This document shows, in pieces, positions 1 to 8,918 of a stretch of 64,000 nt of DNA. The stretch covers positions 4,092,001 to 4,156,000 of the forward strand of contig CDROCS010000253.1 in assembly GCA_977020255.1 (NCBI GenBank). The letters run 5' to 3'. Both the position numbers and the translations under genes were made by a program. Positions within the stretch are counted from its first letter, which is position 1; every line of letters starts with the position of its first letter. The notes beneath the pieces were generated by a model. It saw only the letters and a list, made by a program, of their open reading frames with translations, had not been told where the DNA came from and did not search any database. The stretch is from Obrimoposthia wandeli. Its lineage: Eukaryota.

Positions 1-981
1 GCGAAAAGCAGCGCAAAGTTTTTCTCTTATGCCTTTAATTTTACCATTTATCTGCGTAAGTTCATCTGACCACATTTTTCTCAATGCAGGTGTTTTCAAA
101 ATGGTTTTGACAATTTCAGCACCATTAGACGGAGGTACCCAATAGGTGGTTTTACTCATAATAGCGAGTTGAGATTGTGCTTTATCTGCTTCTTCTTGTG
201 TTGGACTTAGAATATAAGCCGCGCCTACTCTATCACTGTATACACCGAAATTTTTCGAACAACTCACGCAAAGCGCTAAGCGTTCAACCGTATTGGCAAC
301 AATAAGCAAGCCCGCAGCATCTTCATTTAATCCGTCGGCAAAGCCTTGATAAGCGGTGTCGATTAAAGGCAAGAAGTTAGTTGCTTTTGCTAGCTGGGCA
401 ATTTGCTGCCAATGTTGCGCTGTTAAACGTAATCCTGACGGGTTATGGCAAGAGCCATGCAGTAACACCACGTCATTTTCGCCTAATTGCTCTAGTGTAT
501 TGAACATGCCATGTGCATCAAGGGTCATGGTTTTATGGTCAATAAAAGGATATTCCTCATAAGCCAAACCTGCGGCGATAATGGTGGGGATATGGTTGGC
601 ATACGTTGGGTCACTTACCCAAATTTTGGCCGTAGGGTTTGCGAGTTTAATTAACTCTAATATGGCGCGTAAACCGCCACTGCCACCAGCCGTTTGAACA
701 CCACTGACATAGCCATTAACGGCTTGGTTGGCAAACACCAGATCTTGTAGTAATTGAACGTATTCAAGATCACCTTTTGAACCAACATAACTTTTATTTC
801 GTCCTGCATTGGCGAGCTGTTGGTCAGCTTGCTTCACTGCTTTCATTAACAAGGTGTTGTCATTGCTATCTTTATAAACACCGACGGTTAAGTCCACTTT
901 AAAAGGTCTTTCATCTTTAGATGAACGTGCCATTAAGTCTATGATTTCGTCAACAACAGGTAGGGAAATATTGGCAAACAT
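1..981 (-). CDS. Aromatic amino acid/aspartate aminotransferase (AspC/TyrB family, class I PLP), 3' end runs off the window
   Basis: Not in the ORF track (no stop inside the window). Manual translation from ATG at 981 gives MFANISLPVVDEII...KVDLTVGVYKD...QTAGGSGGLR...LLHGSCHNPSG...DTAYQGF...SCSKNFGVYSDRVG, the AspC/TyrB motifs including the PLP lysine. Confidence 0.93.
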   Translation of the reverse strand, partial: MFANISLPVVDEIIDLMARSSKDERPFKVDLTVGVYKDSNDNTLLMKAVKQADQQLANAGRNKSYVGSKGDLEYVQLLQDLVFANQAVNGYVSGVQTAGGSGGLRAILELIKLANPTAKIWVSDPTYANHIPTIIAAGLAYEEYPFIDHKTMTLDAHGMFNTLEQLGENDVVLLHGSCHNPSGLRLTAQHWQQIAQLAKATNFLPLIDTAYQGFADGLNEDAAGLLIVANTVERLALCVSCSKNFGVYSDRVGAAYILSPTQEEADKAQSQLAIMSKTTYWVPPSNGAEIVKTILKTPALRKMWSDELTQINGKIKGIREKLCAAFR

Positions 982-1232
982 GGGATCTCTTCAATTAAAT
1001 AGCAAAAAAAATACATTCAAAGCAAGAGTATACTATACCCATGCCCCTTCAAAATATATCTGTTGTGGAAGAATAAGTAATTTAGACCAAGGCACTATAG
1101 AGAGTTAACTCGCAAGTATATACCCATGTTACATGGATGGTGTTATGAGATAATGCAGGAGTAATTATCCTGAGCACATTGTCGTAACAACCCTTAATAA
1201 AAAACTTTACGTTTTCAATAAAAAACTAATCA

Positions 1233-1256
1233 CTACTGACACCATGCTGTCAGTAG
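1233..1256. promoter_or_regulatory. Perfect palindrome CTACTGACA-N6-TGTCAGTAG, candidate operator of the YafY-type WYL regulator
   Basis: 9-bp perfect arms 67 bp upstream of the VOC start. Followed by an extended -10-like TGCTATTGT at about 1262-1270. Confidence 0.6.
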
Positions 1257-1322
1257 CACAGTGCTATTGTTCCCTTATCGCAATCAAATCGATTGCGAAT
1301 TTATTAATTAAGGGAATACAAT

Positions 1323-1706
1323 ATGTTAGAGCATTCACCATTGGTATGGGCTGAAATATCTGTTACTGATATGAACCGAGCAGTTTCATTTTATCAAACG
1401 CATTTTGGTTTAACGTTTAAACACGAAGTAATGAATGACATGGAAATGTCTATTGCTGAAACGGCCAATATAGGCGATCCAAGTTTTGCCCTTTTAAAAC
1501 ACGATATGATGGTGCCAAGTCGAGATGGCAGCACAGTGTATTTACATCTTAGTTTGACGTTAAATGACAAAGTGAATGAGATTAAAGCAGCGGGAGTTGA
1601 AATTTTATTACCTCCAATGCCGATTAAAGATGGCGAATGTGGCTACATTGCTATTTTTGTAGATAGCGAAGGAAATAAAGTTGGGTTGTGGTCTCAAAGT
1701 CTGTAA
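1323..1706 (+). CDS. VOC family protein (glyoxalase/bleomycin resistance)
   Basis: 127 aa; WAEISVTDMNRAVSFY and GYIAIFVDSEGNKVGLWS are typical VOC-fold motifs. Confidence 0.9.
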   Translation: MLEHSPLVWAEISVTDMNRAVSFYQTHFGLTFKHEVMNDMEMSIAETANIGDPSFALLKHDMMVPSRDGSTVYLHLSLTLNDKVNEIKAAGVEILLPPMPIKDGECGYIAIFVDSEGNKVGLWSQSL

Positions 1707-1707
1707 C

Positions 1708-1974
1708 TATACCCAAGCCACTTGAAGATGCGTATTTCAGGACGCCTGAGCGATTTATGATCAAGGCGCATCTTTTTATTAAGGGTTATTCCCTTAAAAA
1801 ACGAGGCAACGAAGAGCATAAACTGCTCAGGAGTCCCCGTAGGGCTGGTTTAGAAACGCTTTATGCTACGTTATTGATTTCGACAATAGAATAACTATTC
1901 TCTTCAATCAATGCCTTGCCTAAAAGCGTTTCTAATTCCAGCTGAAACCTGCATCTTCAAGTGACTTGGGTATA
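1708..1974. mobile_element. 267-bp ERIC/MITE-like non-autonomous element with 24-bp terminal inverted repeats and two internal long hairpins
   Basis: Left end TATACCCAAGCCACTTGAAGATGC (1708-1731) and right end GCATCTTCAAGTGACTTGGGTATA (1951-1974) are inverted with 1 mismatch and have TA termini. Internal arms: 1740-1759/1817-1836 and 1845-1863/1921-1941. Confidence 0.8.
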
Positions 1975-2022
1975 TACCCGTTCCTCTTGAAGATCCAGGT
2001 ATAAATATTAAAGGTTCACAAC

Positions 2023-2439
2023 ATGTCTAACTCAACAACAAATTGCCTTTGTGGTGCTGTAAAAATCACGGTAGAAAACATTAATCCTAAATTTACAGTG
2101 TGCCATTGCAAAGCATGTAGAACATGGGGTGGCGCACCATTTTTCGCAGTAAAATGTGGTACAAAAGTAAAAATTGAAGGTGATGATAAAATTAACATGT
2201 TCAAGTCATCTTCTTGGGCATCTCGTGGTTTTTGCACCGAATGTGGAACGCATCTGTTTTATAAATTAGACGCGACGGGTGAATACAATATGCCGGTAGG
2301 TTTATTTCCAGATTTGAAAGGGTTAACAATGGATATGCAATATTTTAGTGACATGCGACCGAGTTATTACTGTTTTTCAAATGAAACAAAAGAAATGACT
2401 ACCGATGAGATAATGGCTTATTTTGCCACTCAAATGTAA
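2023..2439 (+). CDS. GFA family (CENP-V/GFA) Zn-binding protein
   Basis: CLCGAV, CHCKACR and RGFCTECGTHLF cysteine motifs. Confidence 0.92.
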   Translation: MSNSTTNCLCGAVKITVENINPKFTVCHCKACRTWGGAPFFAVKCGTKVKIEGDDKINMFKSSSWASRGFCTECGTHLFYKLDATGEYNMPVGLFPDLKGLTMDMQYFSDMRPSYYCFSNETKEMTTDEIMAYFATQM

Positions 2440-2471
2440 CTAACACCGCACTCTTAACCGTATATAAAAGT

Positions 2472-2508
2472 AAACCATAAACCCAGTTCAATGCTGGGTT
2501 TATGGTTT
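2472..2508 (+). terminator. Perfect 15-bp hairpin between the GFA and YafY genes
   Basis: AAACCATAAACCCAG-ttcaatg-CTGGGTTTATGGTTT. Confidence 0.65.
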
Positions 2509-2534
2509 ATACCAATTGAAGTAATGAGATAATA

Positions 2535-3215
2535 ATGCGCCGTGCAGACAGACTTTTTCAAATCATTCAGTTGTTAAAGAATCGCCGTTTAACTACCGCG
2601 AGTTTATTAGCAGAAGTACTCGAGGTGTCTACAAGAACTATTTATCGAGATATTCAAGATCTCATTGCCAATGGTATTCCTGTGGAAGGTGAAGCAGGTG
2701 TCGGATATTTATTACGTCGTGAAGTAGACGTACCACCACTTATGTTTAACGAGTCAGAACTTGAAGCGATTCAAGTAGGCATGAGAATGGTAGAAGCTTG
2801 GGGAGGTAGCGAACTCGCCAGTGCAGCCAAACAAGCAATGATCAAAATATCTGCCGTATTACCTGAGAGACTGCAAACATTTAACTCATTAATGTTTGCA
2901 CCTAAGTTTCATGCCAAATCAAATGAATTTCAACATCTCGACCTTTTACGTAAAGCGGCCACCGATAGACAATACCTTCAAATGGATTATGAAGACGCTA
3001 AAAAAGCACAAACCAGTCGAGAAATACGCCCACTCGCTATCCATTTATGGAGAGGCTGTTGGACACTCTTAACCTGGTGTGAACTTAGAAGTAACTTTAG
3101 AAATTTTCGTATCGACAGGATAGTATTGATTAGCCTCACTCCACGATTTTTTCCTGTGGTAGAGGGTGAAGAACTCGATGACTTCATCAAGGAAATGCAG
3201 AGAAAATATGGATAA
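2535..3215 (+). CDS. YafY-family HTH-WYL transcriptional regulator
   Basis: MRRADRLFQIIQLL...LEVSTRTIYRDI N-terminal HTH; C-terminal WYL domain (RPLAIH...WTLLTWCELRSNFRNFRIDRI). Confidence 0.93.
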   Translation: MRRADRLFQIIQLLKNRRLTTASLLAEVLEVSTRTIYRDIQDLIANGIPVEGEAGVGYLLRREVDVPPLMFNESELEAIQVGMRMVEAWGGSELASAAKQAMIKISAVLPERLQTFNSLMFAPKFHAKSNEFQHLDLLRKAATDRQYLQMDYEDAKKAQTSREIRPLAIHLWRGCWTLLTWCELRSNFRNFRIDRIVLISLTPRFFPVVEGEELDDFIKEMQRKYG

Positions 3216-3307
3216 TTACCGTATCCCCTTTCATTTAACCAAAGTAAACAAGGACTAATATCAATTGGTATAATAACCAATTGAATGCCTCGGTCACTTA
3301 AATGGAC

Positions 3308-4606
3308 TTATTCTGGCTTAGAGTATCCCGACCAGATATCAGCATTTATGGTGGTTTTCTTTTTGCGTTTTTTCTTACCTGTGCCTTCAGGCGCTGCCAT
3401 TGGTTTCTCTACCGCTAAAATTGAATCTTCGGTAATTTCAGCGGCTTCAAAACCTTCAACTTGCTCACGTTCAAGCCTGAATTTGTTCTTCTTTTCGATC
3501 ACGGTGAAGTGATGATAATCTTCATGGTCGATAAGCGATATGGCTAAACCTACTTCGCCAGCACGGCCACTTCGACCAATACGGTGCATGTAGTCTGATG
3601 GACTTCTTGGTAAGTTAAAGTTGATGACCACCGGTAGTTTTTCAATATCTAAACCACGGGCTGCAATATCGGTCGCAATTAATACTTCAATATCGCCAGC
3701 TTTAAATCCGTCAAGCACTCGGCTACGTTCGCTTTGACCTTTATCGCCATGAAACACGGCGGCAGTAATGCCACGTTTAGCCAATTTTTCAGCTAAGTGT
3801 TCACAATGGTGTTTAGCATTGACGAAAATAAGCGCTTGTCGCCATTGCTCTTGGTGAATTAAATGCGCTAATACCGCTGTTTTTTCGCCTTTATTAACAG
3901 TAAAAACACGTTGTACTAAAGTGCTGGCATCCGCACTTTGCAACTGTATTTCCATCGGATTGTTAAGCAACTCTTGGGTTAACGTTGTTACTTGTTCAGG
4001 AAAGGTCGCTGAAAATAATAAGGTTTGTTTTTTCTTTGGCGTTAATGCTAACAGCGCGGTTAGCTCTTCAGTAAAACCTAGGCTTAACATGCGATCAGCT
4101 TCATCAAGCACTAAGGTTTTAACCTTATCGAGCTTAATCGCATTATGTGAAATTAAATCAAGTAATCGACCCGGTGTTGCTACCAAAATATCAGTGCCAC
4201 CACGTAATGCGAGCATTTGAATATTAACTGATACACCACCAAAAACGGCAACAGTTTTAATCTCGCCGTTAAAGTGCACTGCATACGATTTAATGCTGTC
4301 AGCAACTTGCTTGGCAAGTTCACGGGTAGGTACTAAAATCAGTCCGGTAACATAGTTACCTTTACTGTTTTTGCTGCCCGAAGAAATGTCAGCACGTAAT
4401 TTCTGCAACATAGGCAGTGCAAAGGTGGCTGTTTTACCCGAGCCAGTATTAGCCCCTGCAATTAAGTCACGTCCCGCTAATACACTTGGGATAGCTTGCG
4501 CTTGAATCGGCGTTGGCTGATGATATTCCAGCTCAGCTAATCGCGCTAATAAGGGTGTAATAAGGCCAAGTTCAGTAAAGGTGGCTGTGGTTGCGGCAGT
4601 GGTCAT
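3308..4606 (-). CDS. DEAD-box RNA helicase (RhlE-like)
   Basis: Q motif PTPIQ, TGSGKT, PTRELA, DEAD, SAT, HRIGRSGRAG. Confidence 0.95.
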   Translation of the reverse strand: MTTAATTATFTELGLITPLLARLAELEYHQPTPIQAQAIPSVLAGRDLIAGANTGSGKTATFALPMLQKLRADISSGSKNSKGNYVTGLILVPTRELAKQVADSIKSYAVHFNGEIKTVAVFGGVSVNIQMLALRGGTDILVATPGRLLDLISHNAIKLDKVKTLVLDEADRMLSLGFTEELTALLALTPKKKQTLLFSATFPEQVTTLTQELLNNPMEIQLQSADASTLVQRVFTVNKGEKTAVLAHLIHQEQWRQALIFVNAKHHCEHLAEKLAKRGITAAVFHGDKGQSERSRVLDGFKAGDIEVLIATDIAARGLDIEKLPVVINFNLPRSPSDYMHRIGRSGRAGEVGLAISLIDHEDYHHFTVIEKKNKFRLEREQVEGFEAAEITEDSILAVEKPMAAPEGTGKKKRKKKTTINADIWSGYSKPE

Positions 4607-4837
4607 TAATATAAAGGGCTCAAAGGGTAATTAATAGTCGGCTATTTTAGCGTATTTATGCCCTGGTCAGTTAGTGAAATCGCTCAAACAATGCGGTAAT
4701 GTTTTTTAGTTCAATGCAAACCAAGTAGAGATAGCATTTGATTTGATGCGAAGTTCCAAGAGAATTGACGAGGAGTTATTGCAAATTAACCTAAATAACA
4801 ACGACTCCTCGTTATTTTATAATAACAACCCATGACA

Positions 4838-5242
4838 TTATTGTTGGTGTATTAAACCGGTATCATCTCTTTCAAAACCATGGCATATGTAGTCACTTAT
4901 TTTCCGTTTTTTCTTCGCTATTTGATGAAAATGCTCATAACCCACTGAAAATGCAAACGGGTTAGCGTTGTAGTCTGCATAAGATTGATCGCTGCCGTTG
5001 TTAGCCTCTCTTGCGCCAGCAGCGAAAGAACTTAAGAAATCATCTCTGTTGTTGAGCAAAATGGTTATGGCACCGCTCCCGCCTTCAACAAGTTCTAGCG
5101 CGCCTAATTCAATGTATTTATCAACAACTGCGTTATTGAAAAAACCACTGTATTGTTCGGTTTCAACATCATAGGAAACCGGTGAATCATCTGAAGCTTC
5201 CATTAATGAGACAAATAGTTCTCTTACTTTTTTCGAAATCAC
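4838..5242 (-). CDS. Hypothetical protein (134 aa, GTG start)
   Basis: Non-overlapping ORF with protein-like composition; no motif recognised. Confidence 0.65.
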   Translation of the reverse strand: MISKKVRELFVSLMEASDDSPVSYDVETEQYSGFFNNAVVDKYIELGALELVEGGSGAITILLNNRDDFLSSFAAGAREANNGSDQSYADYNANPFAFSVGYEHFHQIAKKKRKISDYICHGFERDDTGLIHQQ

Positions 5243-5486
5243 ACACTATTCCTTGCTTAGCCGTTTATTATATTAAATGGTTGAATTATACAGTCATTAT
5301 TCATGCTAAAGTGAAAGTCATTGTTAAATACAGTTAGCGTACTTATGAAAAAGAAGGCGTTATGATACTATGTCGGGTGACTTCATTATTCACAGTAAAC
5401 ATTGAAGGTTCTATTTTCATCCTATTGACTAACATATCGATTTTTAGACTTATCCATTTATATGAATTCTTAATAATTAAAAACTT

Positions 5487-8400
5487 ATGGCCAAAAACAT
5501 TTTTACACCTGAATTGCTTGAACAACATTTTACTAAAAATGAATGGAAGAAAGGTACGAGGATTTTTAATGCCCAGGGCGTTAAAACTTGCGCACTTGAC
5601 GGTGAAATAATTCGCGGTGTAGTTTTTAGTGAGCGCTCTGGCCAATCGAGTTACTTAACGCGTTTAGTCTTTGAGGGTAAATATGGTGATATTGCCAGCT
5701 ATTGTGATTGTTATGTCGGTCGCGATTGCAAACATGGTTCAGCCTTAGCACAGTGTTATATTCATGACCATTTTGATTGCAATAGTATTGCTTCACCTGA
5801 AAAAACGATTGATAACTGGCTTAACCGTTTTCAAGCTCAGCCAAGTAGATACCCACCCAATAACCAACAAAAGTCGTTATTATATTTTTTAAAACCTAAT
5901 AGTTATAACGAAGACGATTATTATGCTTTAGGTATTAAATCAGCTCGACCAACAAATAGTGGTGGTTGGAGCAATACCCTTGGCAGTGAACATTCTGCGG
6001 TGTCGTTAATTAATAGTGCTTATGCTGATAATGATGATGTTGATGTACTCACTGAACTTATGCGTACTAATCAATTTGGCGATACCGTTAAGTATTTTGA
6101 TTTATTCGAACGAATTATAAAAACAAATCGCTGTTTTTGGCACACCGACTACGATTTGAACGAAGCGATCACATTAAGTGAACCATTAGAAGCACAGTGG
6201 CAGTGGTTAGCACTGGGTAATAATTTACATACATTACAGCTTGTTTTAATGCAGCCTTCATCAAGTATTCGTATTATCAAAGCACAACCGCTTTGTTTTT
6301 ATGACATACGTAAAAATTGCTTTGGAAAAATTAATACCAATACTCAATGTGATTTCGAAGCGGGCTTACTCAACTCTCCTATTTTTGAAGAAGATAAGTT
6401 ACCTTGGATAATGAGTAAGTTGTCTATGTCGTTAGGTGATGCAGTACAGCGATTACCTAAACCCAAAACAAAATATTCACAAGAGTTATCACAACCCGAC
6501 GTGTATTTGCACTTTTCTACGCCGGTAGAATCTAATCGACAAACGGGTTATGCGCAGGTTGATTTCTCCTATCAAGGTAATTTAGTTAATCCGCATAATG
6601 AGCGTGTTACGGTTACTCCTGCAAATTTAAGTGCTTGTGATGCCGATGGTGATGGCTCAAATGAGATAAAGCTTTATCGAGATTTAGCCTTTGAACAAAC
6701 GGTTATTGATAAACTTACTACGTTAAAATTTAATGCTCAGCCTAAACCTAAGCGTTACACTTTTACCAATGAAGAAGAGTTGGATAGAGATAAAACACCT
6801 GATTTTTTAATGCTGATGCAAGGCAGTTTTTTTTGGCAACGCTTTTTACATCAAGAAGTACAATTACTGAAAGATCTGGGCTGGCATATTAGCTTTGCTG
6901 ATGATTTTTATTATAAAGCGCTTTCTACCGACAGCATCTTTGATGCCGAAGTTATTGAAACCGATGACCACGATTTTTTCTCATTAGGGTTAAACTTAAC
7001 CATTGATGGGAGAAAAATGCCTGCGTTCCCTATCTTGCTTAGTGCGATTGAACAGCTACCTAAATCGGCCTTACTTGATCGTAAAAAAGAACAACTTATT
7101 GCGCCTGATTCACCTATTTATGTTGATCTAGATAATGGTGATTTTGTTGCTTTGCGTTATCAAAGTGTACAGCCCATATTAAAACAGTTTATTGAACTCT
7201 TTATGCCTAATGCCTTAAATGAAGATGGCACGATGAAGCTATCGCGTTTTCAAGGTCATCAAACCTTGTCGGTATTAGATGACCAAGGCATGATTGCCAA
7301 AGGCGCAAGTAGATTAAGAGAACTGGCCGATAAACTAAGAGATTTTCAACAAGTCACCTCTATTCCTGTACCGAAAGGTTTAAATGCGACATTAAGAACG
7401 TATCAGCATCAGGGGCTCAACTGGTTACAGTTTTTACGCGAATATCAATTAAACGGTATTTTGGCTGATGACATGGGTTTAGGTAAAACGATTCAAACTT
7501 TGGCGCATTTGTTAATTGAAAAACAGCAAGGTCGACTTACCAGACCAGTATTAATTGTTGCACCCACCAGTGTTATTTTTAACTGGGCTAATGAAATAGA
7601 AAAATTTACCCCACAACTTTCTTATCAAGTATTACACGGTAGTAAACGTAAAGAGCATTTCGATTGTCTTGAGGGACTTGAAAATGGCGAAAGTCGGGTT
7701 GATATAATCATCACCAGTTATGCGTTAATTACTAAAGATTTAGAACACTATAGTGAACAAAAGTTTTATTACCTTGTACTTGATGAAGCTCACTATATAA
7801 AAAATAGCAAAACTAAATTATACCAAGCATTTTTGTCACTTAAGGCGCAGCATAAATTGTGCTTAACGGGCACGCCGATGGAAAATCATTTAGGCGAATT
7901 CTGGGCGCAATTTAACTTTTTACTGCCCGGATTTTTAGGCGGACAAAGACAATTTACCAAGCTATTTAGAACTCCCATAGAAAAACATGGTGAGCTTGAG
8001 CGTAAGCAGATATTAAATCAGCGTATTAAGCCGTTTATTTTACGCAGAACCAAAGACAAAATTGCTACTGAGTTACCGCCCAAAACTGAAATTATTCAAA
8101 CCTTGCGTATTGAAGGTAAACAAGCGGAGTTATATGAATCAGTACGTTTAGCTATGGATAGCCGCTTAAAAGATATTATTGCTGATAAAGGTTTAAAACG
8201 TAGTCAGATAGAAGTATTGGATGCGTTATTAAAACTAAGACAGGTATGTAATCATCCTAAGTTATTGTCACTTGAAGGCGCTAAAAAAGTAAATCAATCT
8301 GCTAAGCTTGATTATTTAATGGAAACATTGCCTGAGCAAATTGAAGAAGGTCGCAAAATATTAATCTTTTCTCAGTTTACTAGTATGCTTGCTTTGATAG

Positions 8401-8813
8401 AGGCAGAGCTTATTGAAGCGGGTATTGGTTATGTTAAATTAACAGGCTCAACCACTAAAAGACAAGAAGTTGTTGATAAATTTCAACGCGGTGAAGTGCC
8501 GGTATTTTTAATTAGCTTAAGAGCAGGTGGCGTAGGTTTAAATTTAACAGCAGCAGATACGGTTATTCATTTTGATCCTTGGTGGAACCCTGCGGTAGAA
8601 AACCAAGCGACGGATAGAGCTTATCGTATTGGCCAAGACAAACCTGTATTTGTTTACAAATTGATTATTGAAAATTCAATAGAAGAGAAAATTCAAAAAA
8701 TACAGCAAAACAAAGCAGAGCTAGCAAAAGCGCTATTATCCGAAGAAGTAAGTGATAACAAACTTAGTTTAACGGATGACATTTTAGGTGCCCTGCTTTC
8801 ACCACTGAGCTAA
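5487..8813 (+). CDS. SWIM zinc finger-SNF2/SWI2 family helicase
   Basis: N-terminal YCDCYVGRDCKH (SWIM); GILADDMGLGKT, LDEAH, LTGTPMENH, GGVGLNLTAADTV, WWNPAVENQATDRAYRIGQ. Confidence 0.95.
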   Translation: MAKNIFTPELLEQHFTKNEWKKGTRIFNAQGVKTCALDGEIIRGVVFSERSGQSSYLTRLVFEGKYGDIASYCDCYVGRDCKHGSALAQCYIHDHFDCNSIASPEKTIDNWLNRFQAQPSRYPPNNQQKSLLYFLKPNSYNEDDYYALGIKSARPTNSGGWSNTLGSEHSAVSLINSAYADNDDVDVLTELMRTNQFGDTVKYFDLFERIIKTNRCFWHTDYDLNEAITLSEPLEAQWQWLALGNNLHTLQLVLMQPSSSIRIIKAQPLCFYDIRKNCFGKINTNTQCDFEAGLLNSPIFEEDKLPWIMSKLSMSLGDAVQRLPKPKTKYSQELSQPDVYLHFSTPVESNRQTGYAQVDFSYQGNLVNPHNERVTVTPANLSACDADGDGSNEIKLYRDLAFEQTVIDKLTTLKFNAQPKPKRYTFTNEEELDRDKTPDFLMLMQGSFFWQRFLHQEVQLLKDLGWHISFADDFYYKALSTDSIFDAEVIETDDHDFFSLGLNLTIDGRKMPAFPILLSAIEQLPKSALLDRKKEQLIAPDSPIYVDLDNGDFVALRYQSVQPILKQFIELFMPNALNEDGTMKLSRFQGHQTLSVLDDQGMIAKGASRLRELADKLRDFQQVTSIPVPKGLNATLRTYQHQGLNWLQFLREYQLNGILADDMGLGKTIQTLAHLLIEKQQGRLTRPVLIVAPTSVIFNWANEIEKFTPQLSYQVLHGSKRKEHFDCLEGLENGESRVDIIITSYALITKDLEHYSEQKFYYLVLDEAHYIKNSKTKLYQAFLSLKAQHKLCLTGTPMENHLGEFWAQFNFLLPGFLGGQRQFTKLFRTPIEKHGELERKQILNQRIKPFILRRTKDKIATELPPKTEIIQTLRIEGKQAELYESVRLAMDSRLKDIIADKGLKRSQIEVLDALLKLRQVCNHPKLLSLEGAKKVNQSAKLDYLMETLPEQIEEGRKILIFSQFTSMLALIEAELIEAGIGYVKLTGSTTKRQEVVDKFQRGEVPVFLISLRAGGVGLNLTAADTVIHFDPWWNPAVENQATDRAYRIGQDKPVFVYKLIIENSIEEKIQKIQQNKAELAKALLSEEVSDNKLSLTDDILGALLSPLS

Positions 8814-8860
8814 TATAAAAGTAATACAAGCTATAGCTCACTGCCTGCGATAAAACAAAA

Positions 8861-8887
8861 AAGGCCGATATATTAGGTGTCGGCCTT
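8861..8887. terminator. Bidirectional hairpin terminator between convergent genes
   Basis: AAGGCCGATA-TATTAGG-TGTCGGCCTT, with an A run immediately before (U-tract on the minus strand) and a further A run after, between the SNF2 and amidohydrolase stops. Confidence 0.6.
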
Positions 8888-8918
8888 AAAAAATAATGCT
8901 AATACTCTACTGTATTAA

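Noticed and set aside
356-562. 68-aa plus-strand ORF
   Set aside because: Antisense shadow of the aminotransferase gene.
1688-1894. 68-aa ORF
   Set aside because: It lies across the palindromic repeat element and overlaps the VOC gene; no protein features.
5343-5645. Overlapping 100-aa and 82-aa ORFs
   Set aside because: They overlap the SNF2 start and its promoter; low-complexity AT-rich translations.
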